Source of the DNA: Anaeramoeba ignava BMAN
Lineage: Eukaryota > Protista > Anaeramoebae
Direction: 5' to 3'
NCBI GenBank assembly: GCA_028826165.1
Contig: JAPDFW010000057.1
Coordinates: 62,001-126,000, forward strand
Length of the DNA stretch: 64,000 nucleotides
Shown here: piece after piece, positions 1 to 10,400 of the stretch
How the letters are laid out: each line of letters opens with the position of its first letter
How positions within the stretch are numbered: position 1 is the first letter of the stretch
Translations under genes and position numbers: made by a program
The notes under the pieces: generated by a model
Database searches by the model: none
What the model saw: only the letters and a program-made list of their open reading frames with translations
What the model was told of the DNA's origin: nothing

Positions 1-660
1 AGCACCGCAAGGACCACAACACCACATCACAAGGAAATCATTAACTGGACTTTCTTCGAATCCATAAGTTGATCGAATTTGTTGGCGAGTATAATATTCT
101 CTAGGACAACAGATGCAATCACAAATTGTGCAATCTCTTCCATCAGCACCTGATTTGTTTTTTGCTGCAAGATAAGGAGGGCAGAAAGTTCCACACAAAC
201 CTATTTAAAAAAGAGATGAATAAACAAAACAGATCAAACGCGATGAATTTTTTCCAAAAGAATTTTTCAATATAAAATTTATTATTATTATTATTATTTT
301 TATTATTTTTATTATTTTTATTTTGATGTAAAAATTAATGGAAATTTTAATCATGTTGGTTAAATTCGATTATTTATAAATTAAACTTATTTAAATTAAA
401 AAAAAAAATTAAAAAAAAATTAAAAATAAAAATAATGAATTTTACAAATTTTGAAATCGCCAAAGCATGCAAAAAGACTTGAACTCCAATCGTTTGCCAC
501 TATTACATAAAAAAAAAAATTAAAATCAAAATTAAAATTAAAATTAAAATCAAAATCAAAATTAAAATTAAAATTAAAATTAAAATTAAAAGCAAAATCA
601 AAAAATATAATTAATTGAAAACTGAACAATAATTGCAAGAAATTGTAAATGATCATTACT
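1..660 (-). CDS. PLAC8/cornifelin-family cysteine-rich protein, 3' end beyond window; exons 660 (A of ATG), 446-499, <1-200
   Basis: Spliced translation MANDWSSSLFACFGDFKICLCGTFCPPYLAAKNK...CCPREYYTRQQIRSTYGFEESPVNDFLVMWCCGPCGA carries PLAC8 motifs (W...LF.C, R..IR..Y, D.L...CC..C). Both introns are GT-AG and in frame. Confidence 0.85.
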
Positions 661-966
661 TTGTTTTTTTTTTTTAAAAAAGGTAATAAAAAATAAACGA
701 AAAAAAAAATGAAAAATGAAAAAAAATTTTTTTAATTAAAAAAACAAAAAAAATAAAAAAGGAGAAAAATATTTTTTTTTTCTTCTTTTTTATTATTCAA
801 TTATTATAAAATTTGAATTGAAATTTTTGCTAAAAAAATTGATTTTCTTTCTAAATAATAATCATTTAAAATTTAAGTTTAAATTGTTTATTTCATTTTT
901 ATTTGAGTAAAAGTAAGAAAAGAAGAAGAAGAAAAAGAAAGAGAGAAGAGAAAGAGAAAAAAGGAG

Positions 967-1119
967 TTAATTTGAACTAAAAAATTGTCGAATTGGTTTA
1001 ACTTTTTGAATAATAGTTGAAGACACTTTAAGAGCAACTACACAACCAACAAAAATATTTGCTTTCTTTTTAAAATCAGATTTTGCTTGTTCTGAAGAAA
1101 GAGGTTGAAACATAAACAT
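967..1119 (-). CDS. 50-aa small ORF, Tom5-like tail-anchored protein
   Basis: MFMFQPLSSEQAKSDFKKKANIFVGCVVALKVSSTIIQKVKPIRQFFSSN*. It is a higher-complexity island between poly-A/T spacers, preceded by TCATTT motifs. Size, MF start and the D...F...V..L(K/R)V(S/T)..I..K pattern resemble Tom5. Confidence 0.55.
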   Translation of the reverse strand: MFMFQPLSSEQAKSDFKKKANIFVGCVVALKVSSTIIQKVKPIRQFFSSN

Positions 1120-1125
1120 TTTAAA

Positions 1126-1240
1126 AAAAATGAAAAAATGAAAAAATGAAAAAATAAAAAAATGAAAAAATGAAAAAATGAAAAAATGAAAAAAAAATGA
1201 ATTAAAAATGAAAAAATGAAAAATGAAAAATGAAATGAAT
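1126..1240 (-). promoter_or_regulatory. Tandem TTTTCATTTT initiator-like motifs upstream of the start codon (also at ~5770-5800, 23820, 38520-38550, 48250-48300, 57258-57285)
   Basis: The motif is on the sense strand immediately 5' of most ATGs and matches the TCA(Py)(T/A) Inr known from Trichomonas. Confidence 0.45.
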
Positions 1241-1510
1241 TAAAAAAATTGTTCAGTATAATAAAGTTTTTATTGATCAAACTTTATAAAAAGAATGGAA
1301 AAGATTTAAAAAAAAAAAGGAAAAATTTAAGAAAAAAGAAAAAGCATTGTAAAAAAATTTTTTAAAGTTGAAAAAGTGGATCAAACTTGTTTAATAACTT
1401 GCTGGATTAAATTTTTTTAAGGAAAGTAAATTTTTAAATCACTTCCAATTTTAAAAGTAAATTTTTTAAATTATGTAAATTTTAAATAAATTTTTGTAAA
1501 TTTTTAAATT

Positions 1511-4500
1511 TTAAAGTGAACGTTCCTGAAATTTTAAAAGTAAATTTAAAGTAAATTTTAAAGTAAATTTTAAAAGTAAATTTTAAAGTAAATTTTAAAG
1601 TAAATTTTAAATTTTAAAATAAATTTTAAAAGTAAATTTTAAAGTAAATTTTAAAGTAAATTTTAAAGTAAATTTTAAAGTAAATTTTAAAGTAAATTTA
1701 AAAGTAAATTTTAAAGTAAATTTTAAAGTAAATTTTAAAGTAAATTTTAAAGTAAATTTTAAAGTAAATTTTAAAGTAAATTTTAAAGTAAATTTTAAAG
1801 TAAATTTAAAGTAAATTTTAAAGTAAATTTTAAAGTAAATTTAAAAGTAAATTTAAAAGTAAATTTTAAAGTAAATTTTAAAGTAAATTTTAAAGTAAAT
1901 TTTAAAGTAAATTTTAAAGTAAATTTAAAGTAAATTTTAAAGTAAATTTTAAAGTAAATTTTTTAAAGTAAATTTTTAAATTTAAAAGTAAATTTTAAAG
2001 TAAATTTTTAAAAGTAAATTTTAAAGTAAATTTAAAAGTAAATTTAAAGTAAATTTTAAAGTAAATTTTTAAATTTTAAAAGTAAATTTTAAAAATAAAG
2101 TAAATTTTAAAGTAAATTTTAAAGTAAATTTTAAAGTAAATTTTTAAAATTTTAAAGTAAATTTTAAAAGTAAATTTTAAAAGTAAATTTTTAAATTTTA
2201 AAGTAAAATTTAAAGTAAATTTAAAGTAAATTTTAAAAGTAAATTTTAAAAGTAAATTAAATTTTAAAGTAAATTTTAAAGTAAATTTAAAGTAAATTTA
2301 AAAGTAAATTTTAAATTAAATTTAAAATAAATTTAAAAAGTAAATTTTAAAGTAAATTTTAAAGTAAATTTTAAAGTAAATTTTAAAAGTAAATTTTAAA
2401 GTAAATTTTAAAAGTAAATTTTAAGAGTAAATTTAAAAGTAAATTTTAAAAGTAAATTTTAAAAGTAAATTTAAATTTAAATTTTAAAGTAAATTTTAAA
2501 ATAGAATTTAAAGAGTAAATTTAAAAGTAAATTTTAAAAAAAAAAGTAAATTTAAAAGTAAATTTAAAGAGTAAATTTAAAAGTAAATTTAAAAGTAAAT
2601 TTTAAAGTAAATTTAAAAGTAAATTTAAAAGTAAATTTAAAAGTAAATTTAAAAGTAAATTTAAAAGTAAATTTAAATTTTAAAAGTAAATTTAAAAGTA
2701 AATTTAAAAGTAAATTTTAAAGTAAATTTTAAAGTAAATTTTAAAGTAAATTTTAAAGTAAATTTTAAAGTAAATTTTAAAGTAAATTTTAAAGTAAATT
2801 TTAAAGTAAATTTTAAAGTAAAATTTAAAGTAAATAAAAAGTTACTTCAAGTCGAACTTTGCCTTTTTTATCAAGAGGCTCTAAGGGGAAGAGTTTTTTT
2901 TGTTGTTCGCTTAATGCACGCACTTCAAAATAATATTTTGCATATGTGCTTGCTTTTACAACAACATTATATTCAACAAATTCAAGAAAATGATGTTCGA
3001 GTTCATTAATTTCAGCTATTGATATTTGAGGAAACATAGCTGTCCAATCAACATTCCATACAGCAAGATCATCCCAAACTGAATTAATTTGGAATTAATT
3101 TCAATTTGAATTTTATTATTATTTAATGTTGATTTAATTTTGAAATAAAATTAAAATTAAAATTAAAATTAATATTAAAATTAAAATTAAAATTAAAATT
3201 AAAATTAAATTTAAAATTAAAATTGAAATTGATATTAAAATTAAAATTGATTTTGAAATTAAAATTAAAATTGAAATTAAAATTAAAATTGAAATTAAAA
3301 TTAAAATTGATATTAAAATTGAAATTAAAATTAAAATTAAAATTAAAATTGAAATTGATTTTGAAATTAAAATTATAATTAAAATTAAAATTATAATTAA
3401 AATTAAAATTAAAATTGATATTAAAATTAAAATTAAAATTAAAATTAAAATTGATATTAAAATTAAAATTAAAATTAAAATTAAAATTAAAATTAAAATT
3501 GATTTTGAAATTAAAATTGAAATTAAAATTAAAATTGAAATTAAATTGAAATTAAAATTAAAATTGAAATTGATTTTGAAATTAAAATTGATTTTGAAAT
3601 TGAAATGGAAATTGAAATTGATTTTCGAATCACCTTTGGAAGCTAAAAGAAGTGTTGTTAAACAAATTCTTCTCCAGTTTCTTCCTGTTAATTTTAATGA
3701 AGAACTTTGAATCAATCGTTCGATATAGATTAACATTATAACCAACGATTCTGCATTTAACTTAATAAAAAAAGAGTAAACAAATTTGCAAATAAATAAA
3801 TTATTAAATCACTAAATCACTAAATAAATTGCAAATACTTTTGCTGAATGAGTCATAGCAGATAAAAACCAGGAAACATCCTTTTCAGAAGGTTTGTCAT
3901 AATTTGAAGGTTTTGATCTCTAAAACAAAAACAAAAACAAAAACAAAAAAAAATAACGAAAATAAAAATATTAAGAAAGGAAGAAAATAAACAGAACGGA
4001 AGTGGGACTACAAACAAAAATTGGGTGCAATTCTTCGTTAAAAATGGAAAACTTATCACTTTCATCTTGCTCTCGGAAATCTCCCTTTTTCATATTCAAT
4101 ATAACAGCCTTGGAAATACATTCAATAACAAGATCCATATCTGGAGAGCTAAGAGTATTATCCACAAACATTGTGCTTGTTGAGTTGTATCTCATCCCTT
4201 GTTGAATTTTTACATACTTTGGATGGATAATTTTGCGAAACAGAAGATCTTGAGGTTTTTTTTTTTCGTTCTCAACTAAAGAAGAAAAAATGTGTATAAA
4301 ATTTTAAGTTATTTTTAAAACGGTTTTTTTTTTTGTTTTGTTTTTTTTTTGATTACAATCTTCGGATTCTTGTGAAAATTCTAAAATTGGGATTGGATCT
4401 TCATTACTTGATTCTTGGTTGTCTTCTTTATCTGATGATTCAACTTCATCTGTGTCAGTTTCTTGTGATGAAAGATGATTTGTATCAATTGATTCAGGTG

Positions 4501-4531
4501 AGGAATCAAAACTAAATGATTTTTGTGACAT
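1511..4531 (-). CDS. CCNY: Cyclin Y-like protein (~296 aa); exons 4357-4531, 4016-4275, 3839-3919, 3634-3760, 2846-3078, putative last exon 1511-1525
   Basis: Motifs IYIERL..NWRRI..LLLASKVWDDLAVWNVDW, NELE..FL..YNV.V..S.YAKYYF and FPLEPL are typical of cyclin Y. All introns are GT-AG with consistent phases. The last exon (ERSL*) is less certain. Confidence 0.88.
1530..2830. repeat. Intronic satellite, ~12-bp unit AAAGTAAATTTT, ~1.3 kb (cyclin Y intron 1526-2845)
   Basis: Tandem array seen directly. Confidence 0.95.
3130..3625. repeat. Intronic 6-bp satellite (AAAATT with GAAATT/GATATT variants) in cyclin Y intron 3079-3633
   Basis: Tandem array seen directly; it produces the spurious ILILIL translation. 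Confidence 0.95.
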
Positions 4532-4927
4532 TTTGTGAAAAAAAAAAAAAACAAAAAAGAAAGAAGAAGAAAAAGAAAAAAGGAAAAAAATGATTTCTGT
4601 TTTTTGGAATCAAAAAAAAAAAATTTTAAAAGAATTGAATCGAATTGAATTGAAATGAAACGAAACAAGATCAGAAATGGGATTTTTTTTTTGAAAAAAA
4701 TTTTTTTATTGATTTTCAAATTGTTTCCTTTTTGGGAAATTTAGATTAGATTTTTAGATTAGATTAGATTAGATTAGATTAGAAAAGAAAAGAAAAAAAC
4801 TAATTTGAACAGAATTGGTTTTTGATTTTTGGTTTTTGGTTTTTGGTTTTTGATTTTTGAATTTGATTTTTGATTTGTTCTGATTTGATTTGATTTTTGA
4901 TTTTTGATTTGAAAGAAAAGAAAAGAA

Positions 4928-5647
4928 CTATTTTTTTCGAGAAGGTCTTTTTTGGATCTCACCTTCTTTTGCAGGACGGAAGATCATTTTCCCGCGTTTG
5001 TAGCGAGATTCGTTAACAAAACCGATGTTGTTCATAAAAGAAGCAAAGCTTCTGCGGATATTTTTCTTTGTTTTTCCAGTGTGATTTTCGCAGAAATCAA
5101 ACAACGATTTTTTAATGACAACACGAGGCGGTTTTTTTGACTGGATTGTAGACATTGTATTAGGGCTCCAACCAGAAATAAAGAAGGATCCGTAGCGGGC
5201 GAACTGGTCGAGACGGTATCCAACGCCTGGAGTGGGTTTGCGGGTAAGAAACGAGACAAGCTCTTGTTTGTTTTTGATTTCTTTTGTGATCTCCTTTTTT
5301 CTTTTTTTGGGGTTGGCGGTTGAATTGGGCGGTTTATTTGCGTCAAGAGGCGCGCTTTCGGAATCTGACAGGGAAACGGACTGACCATCATTTTCGGAGG
5401 GGGAATCTATGTCCGAAATGGGAGAGGAGAGCTGGAAAGAGTTTGTTTGGGAGGACTGAAAAAAATCGTTATTGGAATCGCTTGATTGAGACATGTGAAG
5501 ATCTTCCAGTAGATTTTGTTGCGGTTGATGATACTCGTCCGCGTCTACGCGTGTTGGGCTGACTTTGAAGAGCTGCTTGCGGTCTTCGGTGTGGAAATAG
5601 GGCGTGTTGAGTAAGTGCAGAAGTTCAAGTGTTTCTTCTGAGAGCAT
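4928..5647 (-). CDS. Hypothetical 239-aa protein: acidic/Ser-rich region, NLS-like PKKRKK, basic C-terminal globular domain (possible DNA-binding domain)
   Basis: Intronless ORF with coding-like GC content; function inferred from composition only. Confidence 0.75.
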   Translation of the reverse strand: MLSEETLELLHLLNTPYFHTEDRKQLFKVSPTRVDADEYHQPQQNLLEDLHMSQSSDSNNDFFQSSQTNSFQLSSPISDIDSPSENDGQSVSLSDSESAPLDANKPPNSTANPKKRKKEITKEIKNKQELVSFLTRKPTPGVGYRLDQFARYGSFFISGWSPNTMSTIQSKKPPRVVIKKSLFDFCENHTGKTKKNIRRSFASFMNNIGFVNESRYKRGKMIFRPAKEGEIQKRPSRKK

Positions 5648-5832
5648 TCAATTATACAAATCCAAATTGGGATAAAAATGAAAAGCAAACAAACAAAATT
5701 AGAAAAAAAATTAAAAAAAAAATAAGAAGAAAGAAGAAACGAAGGAAAAATGAATTGTTTTTTTATTTCTTTTTCATTTTCATTTTTCTTTTCATTTTTT
5801 ATTTTTCTTTTTTTTATTTCTTTTTATTTGCA

Positions 5833-7249
5833 ATGCTTTTTCGCATTTTGCTACTCAATTGCTTTTTGCTCATTTGCACTTTATGGAATGTTCTAGGGAT
5901 AGTTTATCCACAACAAACAAGAACGCAGCAAGGCGCGTGCGATAGAGAGAAAACACCTACGTTAACAGTCGGGATTTTCCAATGTGCCTCTGTTTTCGGC
6001 GATAAAACCGCCAATTTAAACCAAATGGAAGCAACCTCTCGAAAGGCGCAAGCGTTAGGGATTGAGCTGGTAATTTTTCCTGAGCTTTATCTGACAGGAT
6101 ATACCGACTTCTCTCTTGAGAAAGTTCGCCAAATGGCTGAATTTAGTGACGGGCCTTCTTTTGTCAGGGCTTCTTCGATTGCTCAGAAATATAATGTTAG
6201 TCTGGCGTATGGTTATGTTGAAAAGGATGAGAATGGTACTATGTATGATTCAGCGATGCTAATTAATCAAACGGGTGATAGGCTATTAAACTATCGAAAG
6301 ACACATCCCACAGATATTGAGCGATATTATTTTGCTGAAGGTTTGTTTTGGGATTAAATACTAATATATTAAATTTAAGAAATAATATTTCAAAATTAAA
6401 AATAAATTAAATTTTTTAAATAAATCAAATAATATTTCAAAATTAAAAATAAATTAAATTTAAGAAATAATATTTATAAATTAAAAATATATTAAATTTT
6501 TTAAATAAATCAAATAATATTTATAAATTAAAAATATATTAAATTTATTAAATAATATTTATAAATTAAAATAAATTAAAAAATATATTAAATTTTTAAA
6601 TAAAAATAAAATAAATTTTTAATATTTAAAATTAAAAAATATTAAATTTTTAAATAAATCAAATAACATTTATAAATTAAAAATAAATTAAATTTTTTAA
6701 ACAAATCAAATAATATTTCAAAATTAAAAATAAATTAAATTTAAGAAATAATATTTATAAATTAAAAATATATTAAATTTTTTAAATAAATCAAATAATA
6801 TTTATAAATTAAAAATAGGCTCAGATTATGCGCCAGTAGTGGATTTAAATGGCATTAAAATTAGTTTGCTGATTTGCTTTGATATTAGCTTCCCAGAGGC
6901 ATCACGCGTTCTTGCTCTGAATAATGCAGAATTTATCATTATCGGAACAGCAAATGGATACCCAGCAGAATTAAATGATCTTTCCAAAAAAGTCACACCA
7001 ACAAGAGCAGGAGAGAACATGGTATATGTCGCATACGTGAACTTTGCTCAAACAAACGGATCAATCCCTTTCTATGGATTAAGTCGTTTATGCGATCCAA
7101 CAGGAGCAGATGTTTTGGTTGCTGGTTCTTCGTCAACTGAACTTTTATTTGCTGATATTTGCCCACAAATGTTTAATCCAAATCCAAATCCTTTCTTCAA
7201 AGAATTTAGAAGACCAGAAATTGATGGAAAAATTTGCCAAATTTATTAA
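5833..7249 (+). CDS. Carbon-nitrogen hydrolase (nitrilase superfamily) with signal peptide, ~312 aa; exons 5833-6340, 6819-7249
   Basis: Catalytic E-K-C motifs FPELYLTGY, YRKTH and LLICFD, plus RAGEN. Hydrophobic N-terminus MLFRILLLNCFLLICTLWNVLG. Phase-1 intron GTTTGT...AATAG. Confidence 0.92.
6360..6816. repeat. AT-rich intronic repeat with ~40-bp subunits and a ~140-bp duplicated block (about 6392-6535 and 6674-6816)
   Basis: Seen directly in the nitrilase intron. Confidence 0.8.
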
Positions 7250-7460
7250 AAAAGAAAATAAAAAAAGAAAAAATCTAAAATTGTTTTTGTTTTGTTTTTT
7301 TTTTTTGTTTTTTATTCAATTTCCATTCAAAAAACCAATTAGAAAAAAGAAAAAAAAAGAGAAAAAAGAGAATTGAAGTAAGAAAAAAAAAGAGAATTGA
7401 AGTAAAAAAAAAAAAGAGAATGGAAATGAAAAAAAAAAGAATTGAATTGAATTGATTAGA

Positions 7461-10400
7461 TTAGATCAAAAAGAAAAGAACCAAACCCAAAAGAATCAAA
7501 ATATGGCTCACAACTGAAATAGATGCTTCTGAAATAACAATAACTTCGGGTATGTAGAATTGAACAGTAAGAGGATCTCCTGAATGAATGTTTGAACTGC
7601 AATCTGAACTAGCTGATGCATAAACACCGACAGATATATATTGATTTCTTGGAATGTTTTCAAGACTGATGTAGTAATAAGGATGTGTTGTGACCATTGT
7701 TGTAGAGAAGTTAGTAGCAACACAATAAGCTTTCATTCCTCCAATGTAATTTGGAGGTGTCCATGTGCAATTAATTCCACTGTAAGCAGAATCAACAAAG
7801 AAGCAACTGAAAGAAGAAATGTTTCCAAGTTTGGGTGTGAGAGTTAATGTGTTACTGATTGGACCATATTCATCAGTAGAACATAAAGCATCTCCACAAG
7901 CTCGAACTCTGACTGGATAATCGATATTTCCTCCAATACTGTTTTTGGTTGCCATCCAATAGCTCACATAATCAATCACAGAAGGGAAAGGTATCCAACT
8001 TGGATCGCTGCTGTTGATTGAGAATCTGTAATCTTGAGCTCCAGGAACTGGTGTGAAATTGATAGTTAAACTCTCAACTCCTGCGCTTCCTGATGTGATA
8101 ACTGGTGCTGCAAGTGTTGGTGTGACAGATGTGGATGATGTTGGTCCTGAATTGATGTTTGAAGAACAACCAATTGTGGCGGATGCATTGATTGAAACTT
8201 GATAAAGAGTAGCTCCTTCAACATCAGTCACAGTTTTCTCACTCAAAGATGAATCAAGACAAATAGAAATCAGAATTGTATTTGAATGTATAACCCTTCA
8301 ATCCATCGTTCAAGGCAAGTGGTGTCCAAGTGCATGTGAATGAGGAAATAGAAGGTGTGCAAATGAAATTGTTAATATATCCAAGTCGTGGTGTGATTAC
8401 GATATAGGAGGTTGGTGGTCCAAAGTATGCAGGTGTGCAAGCAGCATCAGCACAAGCTCGAACTCGAACTGGATATTCAATATTACCATCAAGTCCTGTT
8501 TGAACAGCTGTGTATGTGCCATATCCTTCATTGTATGTTAATGAGCTGAAAGCTTGCCAAGTTGTTCCGTTATCCAATGAAACAACGAAAGAAGGAACTC
8601 CAGTAATTTCTTCAATCATTAATTGGAATTGTTCAATACCTGGTTGTGGTATGTTGATGATTGGTTCGGGAATATTGGAATAAACAAGAGTTGAGGAAAC
8701 TGGTCCAGAATAAGGACTAGGAGCACAATTAGATTTAGCAGAAGCATAGATAGAAATTGAGTAGAAAGTTGCTGAAGATAGATTGTAGAGTGCATAGCTG
8801 AGTGTTGTGTTAGGTAAACAAACAGTAGTTCCGTTGTAATTGAATTCAAATGCTCCAAGATTTGCTGGGAATGGGATTTGATCCCAAGTACAACTCCATC
8901 CTCCAGTTTCACTTGAACAACTCAAATTTGGAATAGCTCCAAGAGATGGACGAAGAGGAACAATGTTGCTGATTGGTCCTAAGAAATTTGGATTGCAAGT
9001 ATCTTCAACACATGCTTTCACAGCAACTTGATAATCTTTGTTTCCTGCAATATTGATTTGAGTTCCTTCAAGATAATCTGTTTCAAACACAACCAAAAGA
9101 TCAAATGCGCTCCAAGTTGATCCGTTATTGATTGTCACGAGATAACCATGTGCTCCTGAAACTGGATCAAAGGAAACAGATAAACTCTCTATTCCTGCAT
9201 TAGAATCGAAAATGAAAGGTGCTGAAATATTAGTGTACACACTAGTTGTTATTTCTACTCCTGTGTAATCACTATCTGAGCAATCTGATTTGGCTTCTGA
9301 AGTTACTCCAATCTCATAAAGAGTTGCTCCTTCTAATCCTGTCATACTGTAATAAGTTTGATCTGGTGGAATACAATCAGTTTCATTTCCGTATCTGAAT
9401 TGATATGCATATAACTGCTGGTCAAGAACAAGAGGATTCCATGTGCAGCTAAATCCATCAATAAGTGAAGTACAGCTTAAGGAACTAACATTTCCTAATC
9501 TGGGTCGGATTGGAACCATGTTGCTTGGATAGCCTGCATAATAGATGATGCAATTAATTTCAGCACAAGCTCGCATCATAACATTGTAATTAACATTTCC
9601 TGGAAGATTTGTTTTGATAGAAATAACTTCGTTCTCGTAATAGGTCACATTACTCAAATTCTGCCAAAAGTTCCCGTTATCAAGAGAAATCATGTAATTC
9701 TTGGCCTTTTCAACTGGATAAATTGAAGTTTTGATTTCTTCGATTCCTCCATCACTATCGAAAATGTAAGGTGCTCCCAAAGGTAATGTTTTAACATAAA
9801 CAGTTGCTATTGGTCCTGAATAATATTGATTTCCTGTGCATTGGTCGTCATCTGAAGCAAACACGTTAACTTGATAGGTGACATTTCCAAGCAATTCATT
9901 GGCTTCAACTGAAGTTGAGTTTGTGCATTGTGGAATAGCAGTTCCGTTATATGAGAATTGATAAGCTCCTAGATATTGTGGTCTTGTTAAAGGATCCCAA
10001 CTGCAGTTGAATCCAACAATTTGTGATGTGCAACTCAATCCCTCAATATTTCCTAATAATGGTGTAACATAAACTGGATCACTTGCATATCCTCCATATT
10101 CGAATGTGCATTGAGTATCTGAACATCCTCTAACTCGAACTGTGTATTGATGATTTCCAGGAACGGGACTGATAGATCCATTAAACCAACTTGTCCTATT
10201 CATTAAAGCGCTGAAAGATTGCCAAGTTGCTCCATCATCGATTGATATGTTGTATCCTTTAGAAAGATTAACATTTGTGAATTCGACATATATTTTCTCA
10301 ACCAATCCTTCAGAAAGAATTATTGTTGGTGGTGAAAGAGGTAGAGTCATAACATCAATAGATGTATTCGGTCCTGAATATTGATTATATAAACAATTAG

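Noticed and set aside
1005-1115. H/ACA snoRNA-like hairpins (TAGTTG...CAACTA, ACACAA, ACA) on the + strand
   Set aside because: The stems are short, and the whole complex island is explained by the minus-strand 50-aa ORF.
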